Positions 57,712-64,000 of a stretch of DNA of 64,000 nt are shown here, piece by piece. The stretch is from the IMG/VR virus record IMGVR_UViG_3300048592_001391, positions 1,513 to 65,512 of that record, one strand, 5' to 3'. A model generated the notes under the pieces. The model was not told the origin of the DNA and did no database searches. It worked only from the letters and a program-made list of their open reading frames with translations. Every line of letters begins with the position of its first letter. Position 1 is the stretch's first letter. This stretch comes from a virus. Its lineage: Duplodnaviria; Caudoviricetes. A program made the translations under genes and the position numbers.

Positions 57712-58398
57712 TTATGCAATTTCGTAATTCAGGACTGTGGGCAGTGGCAGGCGGCAAGCCTCGAACGCGGCAATCTCTTGGCTCATGTCTTCCGTGTCAA
57801 TGAACTCGCCGTAGATGTAGACCGTGTAGGTGATGCCGTCTACCTCGCCCGTACAGGCATACCGATTGGTACGGGTACGAGCTACCAGATCAACCAGCAA
57901 GGAGCCAACCCGCTCGTCATAGAACAGGGCATAGCGGTTGTCGTCTTGCAAGCGGTAGGGCGATTCTCCCAGCTCCCGCTCGATGTAGGCGATTGCTTCC
58001 TCGCAAGCGGCGAAGTGGATGTAGTCCCCCACCCCGCCCACGATCTGGAGACCATGAAACGGCCGTGTGGTCAACTCGTCACACTCAGAACATTTGGCGG
58101 CAAAGGTGCGACCGCCGCAGAACTGGCAGCGCATGGGGTTCAGGGCCAGGCCGCGCATGGCGGTTTGGTAGTGGTAGTTCCGTAGGTTGCTATGGGCTGT
58201 GTCCAGAGAAGCCGGATCAGCGGCCATCAGCCGCCGCAGGGCAACGGTGGTCACACTGCCGTTCGGCCAGCGCACCATAGCCGCTTCACCGCGTACGGCC
58301 GTCACGTGCCCGATATGGTGCATCTTCGTGGGGAAGTCGGCGCGGCGCATGACGGCCGTGCCGGGGACTGCTGCTGCTTCTGGTAAGTGTAGGGTCAT
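57712..58398 (-). CDS. hypothetical protein with zinc ribbon
   Basis: MTLHLPEA after SD AAGGAG; CQFC..CSEC. Confidence 0.6.
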   Translation of the reverse strand: MTLHLPEAAAVPGTAVMRRADFPTKMHHIGHVTAVRGEAAMVRWPNGSVTTVALRRLMAADPASLDTAHSNLRNYHYQTAMRGLALNPMRCQFCGGRTFAAKCSECDELTTRPFHGLQIVGGVGDYIHFAACEEAIAYIERELGESPYRLQDDNRYALFYDERVGSLLVDLVARTRTNRYACTGEVDGITYTVYIYGEFIDTEDMSQEIAAFEACRLPLPTVLNYEIA

Positions 58399-58484
58399 GG
58401 GTATCACTCCTTTGTGTACGGCCGTTCGGAACACTATGGAACGGCTGAAACCTAAATAAAAACGGCGTAACCAACGCCAAGAGG

Positions 58485-58513
58485 ATTTTACCACAGGTGC
58501 AATACCATTGCAA
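58485..58513 (-). promoter_or_regulatory. sigma70 promoter, near-copy of the 50582 promoter
   Basis: TTGCAA-17-TAAAAT with extended TG; shares GTTTGCAATGGTATT. Confidence 0.75.
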
Positions 58514-58542
58514 ACAATTGGCGCGAATTGGCCGGAAAGGGG

Positions 58543-58596
58543 AATAAAAAGACCCGCCAGTTTGAGGATGCCTTGGGGCATAGCCTGGGCGGGTTC
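58543..58596 (-). terminator. intrinsic terminator
   Basis: ACCCGCC...GGCGGGT stem followed by CTTTTTATT on minus. Confidence 0.6.
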
Positions 58597-58657
58597 TGTC
58601 ACTCAATGGTACTACTTATGGTACTACTTTACGACCGCATCGTAAACAATATACGCC

Positions 58658-59146
58658 TTATACGCCATCCGGTATAAAACGGCCGTACAACTCCCGCGCC
58701 GCCTGCTGGCTGACCGGATCGAGATAGATGTAGTCCGACACCTTGTTGTCCGGGCGCGGCTCGTTCCACTTCATCCAGATGTGCAGCGTCCCCCATGCTC
58801 TTGGCTCCTGTGCCGCACTCAGCCAAACTTCCACGTCACGGCCGTCCAGGTAGATGTTGTGCCAGATGACATCCGTGTTGTCTTTGGTCTCGGCGGTGCG
58901 AATGCTCTCGCACACGGCCGTATACCGGTTGGTCACGAACTCCTCTGTGCCGTAGATGTGGGTAGGGATGACGGCCGTCACGCGGTAACGGCCGTCTTTC
59001 ATCTGCTCCAGCGTCACAGAAGCCGGAATGTACACCTGCTCTTTCAGGCGCACGGCGCTGCGCTTTGGATCGCGCTCGATAATCGCAATGGGCGTTGGCT
59101 CAAAGACCAACACCGGGCACTGGCCGATAAGGGTTACGTTTAGCAT
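58658..59146 (-). CDS. hypothetical protein
   Basis: MLNVTLIG after SD AGGAGG. Confidence 0.55.
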   Translation of the reverse strand: MLNVTLIGQCPVLVFEPTPIAIIERDPKRSAVRLKEQVYIPASVTLEQMKDGRYRVTAVIPTHIYGTEEFVTNRYTAVCESIRTAETKDNTDVIWHNIYLDGRDVEVWLSAAQEPRAWGTLHIWMKWNEPRPDNKVSDYIYLDPVSQQAARELYGRFIPDGV

Positions 59147-59382
59147 CGTTCCACCTCCTGAAAGAACACCACCTTGGGCGCGTCGTGCTTTACTCTGTGT
59201 CCCGCTGCCACCCGCTCGGCCAAACTGGCCTCGGGGATGGTGACAATCGGCACTCGCTGCCGCTTGACCGAAAAGCCAAGGCTCACGGTTGCCCCGCACT
59301 TGCACTGTGCCTCACACCCCTTGCCGGTGCGCAGAATCACCCGTCTGCCACAAATACACCGTACCACTGCTTGCCATTTCAT
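59140..59382 (-). CDS. small Cys-rich protein
   Basis: MKWQAVVRCICG...CKCG. Confidence 0.45.
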   Translation of the reverse strand: MKWQAVVRCICGRRVILRTGKGCEAQCKCGATVSLGFSVKRQRVPIVTIPEASLAERVAAGHRVKHDAPKVVFFQEVERC

Positions 59383-60008
59383 GATTGCGCATCCTGCTTT
59401 TTGCGCCACCATTCCCGCCGCTCTGCGGCCGTAGCGGGAATGCGATGGAGATTCTTTACCCAAAACGCACACGCTTCTTCCGCAGTCTCCCACCGGAAAT
59501 CTTCGTAGTAGTCATCATCCCGGCTAGACGGCGGACACTCCACGAAGAAAAGACAGTCGTTCTTGCTCAGAACGAAGCCATCATGAGTATAAATTCCCCA
59601 CCGAACTCCGCCTGGATAAGGAATTGAGTTGAGTGTCACAACCCGCACACCATCCTCGTTCCTCTCTAGCACGTACTCGCTTACTTCCAGCGGCAAGGCT
59701 CCGTTACGGCCGTCTTCGGGCAGTTGCTCCATCTTCGTCACGGCCGTACGCAGCACAACCCACGGATCAAACTGCTCCAACAGAATGTCATCACCGGCCA
59801 AGCCCCAATCGGCCTCATCCAACCCCATCACGTCAGACAGTTGGGCAACTGCCTTGAGCATTGCCAGCCAATCGGCGTTATGCTGTGCCAGCGTCTCACG
59901 CAGCTTGTCATAGGTGGCACGGGTCATCCGCATGGGCGGAGAACCGTCGCCTATGTACGTCTCGGTTGTGGTGGCCCCGTTCGATCCCTGAAACTTCTTA
60001 ATCGTCAT
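59379..60008 (-). CDS. hypothetical protein
   Basis: PSSRDDDYYEDFRW motif; coupled. Confidence 0.6.
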   Translation of the reverse strand: MTIKKFQGSNGATTTETYIGDGSPPMRMTRATYDKLRETLAQHNADWLAMLKAVAQLSDVMGLDEADWGLAGDDILLEQFDPWVVLRTAVTKMEQLPEDGRNGALPLEVSEYVLERNEDGVRVVTLNSIPYPGGVRWGIYTHDGFVLSKNDCLFFVECPPSSRDDDYYEDFRWETAEEACAFWVKNLHRIPATAAERREWWRKKQDAQS

Positions 60009-60216
60009 CGTCGTCCTCCCATACGGCGGTCACCGACTGCACCATGGCGTCCTTGTCACCGTAATAAAACTCACCCGCCTCGTTGTATGCCTTGCCGCCG
60101 TCATACTCGCTTTTCAGGCCCACAGACTGGAACGTCATGTCCACAAACAGTCCCGGTCTGCATTCTTCAATCCTGCAAGGCCACCCGTCTGGCTTTAGTA
60201 CCAACCGCTTTGTCAT
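59998..60216 (-). CDS. hypothetical protein
   Basis: Coupled small ORF. Confidence 0.55.
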   Translation of the reverse strand: MTKRLVLKPDGWPCRIEECRPGLFVDMTFQSVGLKSEYDGGKAYNEAGEFYYGDKDAMVQSVTAVWEDDDDD

Positions 60217-60620
60217 CAGGCCAGCCCTCCCAGCGCAATAGCAATCTGCTCCAGCAGTTCAATCTGCCGCTCCAGCAGCGCATGGGTCTTGGCAGTATTC
60301 TCGGCGCTGATTACTTTTGCTTCCTCTGCCCGTCTCTCCGATTCTGCGTGCCATGTAGCGTACATCTGAAAGGCTTTCGCATCAGACTCTTGGGCGGCCT
60401 GAGCTTCGGCCTGGCGATCTGCCTCAAGTCTGGTTAACTGATCCTGCAAAAAAGATTGAAAGTCGAACCCTGCTGTATCTGCCATCTCATCACTCCATTG
60501 GCCCTTACGGCCGATTTTCATCACGTCTGCCGCTGCCCCATCCGTTATCTCTTCTTCTACCACCGTTCGGGGAACTGCCGGGCCATTTCCCGAATTTCTG
60601 ACATACTGACTATTTCTCAT
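60216..60620 (-). CDS. hypothetical coiled-coil protein
   Basis: Coupled ORF. Confidence 0.55.
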   Translation of the reverse strand: MRNSQYVRNSGNGPAVPRTVVEEEITDGAAADVMKIGRKGQWSDEMADTAGFDFQSFLQDQLTRLEADRQAEAQAAQESDAKAFQMYATWHAESERRAEEAKVISAENTAKTHALLERQIELLEQIAIALGGLA

Positions 60621-60626
60621 GGCTAC

Positions 60627-61259
60627 TCACTCCTTTGGCCCTACGGCCGTACTCTCCACCACATCCACATGGGCAAACACATTAAGCAAACGCAGCATAT
60701 AGTTTGTCGTTGCCTGAATCCCGACATTCCATCGTTCAGGCGTGAGGTTCGCGCAAATCTGGCACAACGCCGTTCCGCCTGGGGCCAAAGCAACGGGGAC
60801 TTCAACCCCACACACCTTGCACGAATCATAGCGCCCCGCAACCTTGTCCGGATCGGGGCTGTAAAACCGCCATTTGTAACCGGCGCTTACCTGCCCCAAG
60901 TCCTTGTAGTGCATTGGCTCTCCGCTGTTGGTCGCGGTCACGGCCGTACCATCATGCGCCCACACCACAGCCACATCGTCAAACACACTGAGCAAGCGCA
61001 AAGCAATGTTAGCCGTTGCCTGAACTCCAGCATTCCGGTGTTCGGGTATAAGTTTCGCGCAAATCTGGCACACCATCGTTCCATCCGGGCATGGAGCAAC
61101 GGGAACTTCAACCTCACACGCCTTGCACCAATCATAACGACCCAGACCACTTCCCTCCCCAGCGACATCGAGAAGCCGCCATGTGTACTCAACTACCTGA
61201 TTCAAATCTTTGTATTGCATCTCATACTCCCATGGCTCTACGGCCGTCTCACGCATCAT
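60627..61259 (-). CDS. protein with internally duplicated CxxC..CxxC domain
   Basis: Two ~100-aa copies: YKDL..GRYD.CK.C.VEVPVA..CQICA..QAT.N..LRLL.VF. Confidence 0.7.
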   Translation of the reverse strand: MMRETAVEPWEYEMQYKDLNQVVEYTWRLLDVAGEGSGLGRYDWCKACEVEVPVAPCPDGTMVCQICAKLIPEHRNAGVQATANIALRLLSVFDDVAVVWAHDGTAVTATNSGEPMHYKDLGQVSAGYKWRFYSPDPDKVAGRYDSCKVCGVEVPVALAPGGTALCQICANLTPERWNVGIQATTNYMLRLLNVFAHVDVVESTAVGPKE

Positions 61260-61434
61260 CTTTACCGAACAAACTTGCAAACATCTTCGCAAACTCTGGC
61301 CCCACCACGTACAGCGCCGCCACCCCAATGAGCAGGAAGCCCAGCGTCTCGTTGGTTGGCATTGCCAGAAAGTGCGCCAACAACACAATGATCAACCCCA
61401 AGAAACATCGGTCTGCATACCCTGTTTTAATCAC
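61249..61434 (-). CDS. small two-TM membrane protein
   Basis: Two hydrophobic helices. Confidence 0.55.
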   Translation of the reverse strand: MIKTGYADRCFLGLIIVLLAHFLAMPTNETLGFLLIGVAALYVVGPEFAKMFASLFGKDDA

Positions 61435-61715
61435 CAGTTTGCCCCCTCGCGCACCTTGCGCAACTCCTCCAGTCTCGTCCGCGCCTCCAGCACATCAAGG
61501 CTGGCGGCTTCAATGTCGGCGGGGTCTGCGTCCTCCAGCTTCAGGTCGCGCAGATGGCCTTCCTCTGCCTCGACATCCTCCTCCGCCGATTGCACAGCAT
61601 GAAGAAAATCCGCCTGACTGCCATACTGGGCAATCAGATAGTCTCGCGTCTCCATCACAATCTTCATCTTTGCGAGTAGCGCACTCGCTGCTGGACTACC
61701 AAATTTAATCGTCAT
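61431..61715 (-). CDS. hypothetical protein
   Basis: SD AAGGAG; acidic coil. Confidence 0.55.
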   Translation of the reverse strand: MTIKFGSPAASALLAKMKIVMETRDYLIAQYGSQADFLHAVQSAEEDVEAEEGHLRDLKLEDADPADIEAASLDVLEARTRLEELRKVREGANW

Positions 61716-61746
61716 CTCGTTGCTCCTTACGGCCGTATGCCGCCCA

Positions 61747-62481
61747 CTAAAACAACCTCATCGTTCTTGGCTGCAAAATCTCAATCTCGCGCCAGTTCCA
61801 TTCCGGTTCGGGCATTCGCCATACCCAACCCACCTTCCCTGCTGGCCCCGGCACTGGCTCACCGTCCGCACCGACATACATCGGCTCTGCACCGGCCAAC
61901 CGGTAGATTGCGCCTTTGTGGAGCGCTGGATCGTGGTAGCTCACGGCCAACCGGATGTGGTACGGCTGATTGGGGTAAACAGGTGGCCACATCGCCACCC
62001 GGTCAACCTGAACCCGGCGCAGCACACTCTCAATAAGCCACGTCGCCACTGTGGGGCGGAAGTTGCCTTTTCGGTCCACAAATCCCGGAACCATCTCCGG
62101 TTGACACCATGCCCCGCCTTGCTGGATAGCCGGATCAAGCCAGATGCGGCTCAAGTCCACCACCTGCCACTGCGTAGGCTGGTCATCATATCCCCACCAG
62201 CGCCGGTTCCGTGTCGCATGGGGAATGCCCACAATGCACAATCCCAATCGCAGTGCATTACCGCCACATGCCCGCCGCCCCCACAACACATAAACCATCG
62301 GCCGTGCCTGTGGGTGAACGGGCTGGCGCAGATAGTGGAAGTAGGTCACTGTCTGCTGTGCCCACATCAAGTCATTGGCGTTGCCAAGTGTGATCTCAAG
62401 TATCAGGTCACGGCCGTCATACACTCGGGAATCATGCTGAGCAACGGCCGTCGTGTTCATCACGCTCTCTGTGACTGTCAT
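61747..62481 (-). CDS. Mom-like (GNAT-fold) DNA modification enzyme
   Basis: FHYLRQP, VDLSRIWLDP, VSYHDPALHKGAIYRLAG (Mom-family SYxD..HxGxIY signature). Confidence 0.65.
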   Translation of the reverse strand: MTVTESVMNTTAVAQHDSRVYDGRDLILEITLGNANDLMWAQQTVTYFHYLRQPVHPQARPMVYVLWGRRACGGNALRLGLCIVGIPHATRNRRWWGYDDQPTQWQVVDLSRIWLDPAIQQGGAWCQPEMVPGFVDRKGNFRPTVATWLIESVLRRVQVDRVAMWPPVYPNQPYHIRLAVSYHDPALHKGAIYRLAGAEPMYVGADGEPVPGPAGKVGWVWRMPEPEWNWREIEILQPRTMRLF

Positions 62482-62801
62482 TCCGCACCGTTCCCTTTCC
62501 ACCACCCATACAAGAAATTCCCACCACACAGCCCACACAGCAGAAGAAACGGCCACAGATTCACCGCCGAGGCAAACTCATCATGCACCGCCACCAGCGC
62601 GGCAAAGAACAGGCCGATGTACAGCATCCCTATCCCACCAAACAAAAGAATCTCATCAGCCGTCTCCGCCAATCTCGCCCACATCCACAGACTGAACAAC
62701 ACCATCAGCACGGCCGTAAACACCCACACGGCCGTACCAGCCAGCAGCGCCACCCCGCTCCACACAAACAACGAAATCAAAGCCAACACAGTAGGTCTCA
62801 T
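62478..62801 (-). CDS. multi-TM membrane protein
   Basis: About four hydrophobic helices. Confidence 0.6.
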   Translation of the reverse strand: MRPTVLALISLFVWSGVALLAGTAVWVFTAVLMVLFSLWMWARLAETADEILLFGGIGMLYIGLFFAALVAVHDEFASAVNLWPFLLLCGLCGGNFLYGWWKGNGAE

Positions 62802-62836
62802 CTCACACTCCTTAACCAACAACTATCAACCAACAA

Positions 62837-64000
62837 CTATCTCACCAACAAAGGTTGCACCACCACGGCCGTACCGCCATGAATCGGAATCACCCGGTCA
62901 ATGGGCGTATTGGCGGCAATCTCCGTCCCGTCCCACTTCTGCGGCCACATATTCAGCGCCCACATCTCCCGAATCCGCGCCTCTTCCTCGGCATTGATCA
63001 AGTCCACTCGGGCGCGGCGCTGGATGTCCTGCACCCGCGCCAACCCCCACGCCCTGGCCTCCATCGTCAACGGCCCCATGCGCTGGCCGTTCGATGCGTA
63101 ACGGCCGTCAGACTGCATCTCGATCTCCGCCTTGCGTACCCGGTTGTGCGGCTTCTGCAACTCGCGGAAGATGGCCTTCAGTTCCAGCAACGGCCGTAGG
63201 TGCTCCCACTCAGGAATCTGCACCACGTTCTCCAGTGCCGGATCGCGGTCTACCAGATTACACCCGATACATCCTGTGCGAACCTCACCATCCCCATACA
63301 CGGCCGCAATCCCGGTCACTTCCGGGTAGCCATGACGCTTGTTCTCGAAGTAGAGCCAGTCATACACATGGCACACTCGCCAATGGAGCAGTGGCGCCAA
63401 TGTATCACCGGCGCTGGCCGGGGGTTTGGCCTCGAACCACCCTTGCCCACACTCGCCCGAATCCTTCGAGCAGGACAGGGCAATCCGCTGGTCACGCACC
63501 ACACTCTCGCCGAGGCGCACCCCGTTGATGAGCAAATACTTCTCCCCGTTCTGCTGGCGGATTTCGTTCAACCGGCTTTCCATGGGCACAATCTTCAAGT
63601 TGCCTGTGCACCAGCGGAACTGATTGTGTGGCGGGGGCACACCGTAGCCCAGCATGTACACGTAAAACCGCTTGTCCAGTTCTGGCAGAACCACCTGCAC
63701 ATTGAACCCGTCCGCCCGGAACCGATCCAGCAGCTTGACGGCCGTCGCATGGAGCGGCGGGTACTCTTGCCGGGTATCGGCATAGAGAATGGTCAGGGTT
63801 TCCGGCGCGGCAACCTGGCCCGTCTTGATAGCCCAGGCCACAAATGTGGCCGTCGCGCTGCTGTCCTTGCCACCAGAGTACGTCACCGCCCAATGGCGAT
63901 AGCGGTCGCCGTAGGCGCGAAGGCTGTCCAGGCTCATCTCAATTGCGCCTTTCAGGTTCAGGCGCTGGTCATCGAATAGGGATAATTGTTGTCTGCTCAT
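62837..64000 (-). CDS. DndC-like PAPS-reductase-family protein
   Basis: YSGGKDSS, YADTRQE, GYGVPPP...FRWCTGNLK, GVRLGES, RTGCIGC. Confidence 0.85.
   Translation of the reverse strand: MSRQQLSLFDDQRLNLKGAIEMSLDSLRAYGDRYRHWAVTYSGGKDSSATATFVAWAIKTGQVAAPETLTILYADTRQEYPPLHATAVKLLDRFRADGFNVQVVLPELDKRFYVYMLGYGVPPPHNQFRWCTGNLKIVPMESRLNEIRQQNGEKYLLINGVRLGESVVRDQRIALSCSKDSGECGQGWFEAKPPASAGDTLAPLLHWRVCHVYDWLYFENKRHGYPEVTGIAAVYGDGEVRTGCIGCNLVDRDPALENVVQIPEWEHLRPLLELKAIFRELQKPHNRVRKAEIEMQSDGRYASNGQRMGPLTMEARAWGLARVQDIQRRARVDLINAEEEARIREMWALNMWPQKWDGTEIAANTPIDRVIPIHGGTAVVVQPLLVR

Larger units (their letters stand above)
1..64000 (-). mobile_element. Siphovirus-like phage/prophage segment (ends not in window)
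   Basis: Co-oriented terminase-portal-protease-capsid-connector-tail tube-chaperone-tape measure-baseplate-holin-endolysin genes, plus many small overlapping early ORFs; no host housekeeping genes. Confidence 0.97.

Noticed and set aside
1-64000. ACGGCCGT as a KOPS-like polarity signal for the FtsK-like protein
   Set aside because: It is palindromic, so it cannot give direction
62837-64000. Complete Dnd/Ssp phosphorothioation system
   Set aside because: Only a DndC-like gene is visible; no dndA/D/E in the window
1-64000. Genome-wide stop-codon reassignment suggested by the TGA at 50007
   Set aside because: Long genes are intact in code 11 and TGA ends many genes in ATGA overlaps

Overview
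The whole window is a segment of a tailed (siphovirus-type) phage or prophage, with nearly all genes on the minus strand. Reading in transcription order (right to left), it contains: an early/accessory region rich in DNA-modification genes (DndC-like PAPS reductase, Mom-like enzyme, TGT/DpdA-like protein with DUF6884, three adenine MTase-like genes, ParB, a LexA-like HTH, RecU-like nuclease, dCTP deaminase); a plus-strand ParB-like + SAM-dependent cassette; packaging, head, tail and lysis modules; a lipoprotein-anchored FtsK/TraB-like translocase operon; and an SNF2-IbrA-IbrB operon cut by the left edge. No integrase, DNA polymerase, tRNA or CRISPR array was recognised. The host is inferred to be a monoderm, probably Chloroflexota (C-terminal IFIPYAEK motif, endolysin architecture, no spanins, Gram-positive-type SOS boxes). 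The most notable signals are: (1) the palindrome ACGGCCGT iterated across the genome in all reading frames (HIP1-like); (2) a TraB/clt-like module, with a dense TGCGAT/ATCGCA repeat locus directly behind the FtsK gene; (3) eleven co-oriented GGAAC-N5-GGAAC boxes (ten exact) at gene boundaries; (4) a 2H phosphoesterase (Acb1-like) fused to the capsid protease/scaffold; (5) an in-frame UGA at a CxxC cysteine position. All calls come from reading motifs by eye; no database searches were run.
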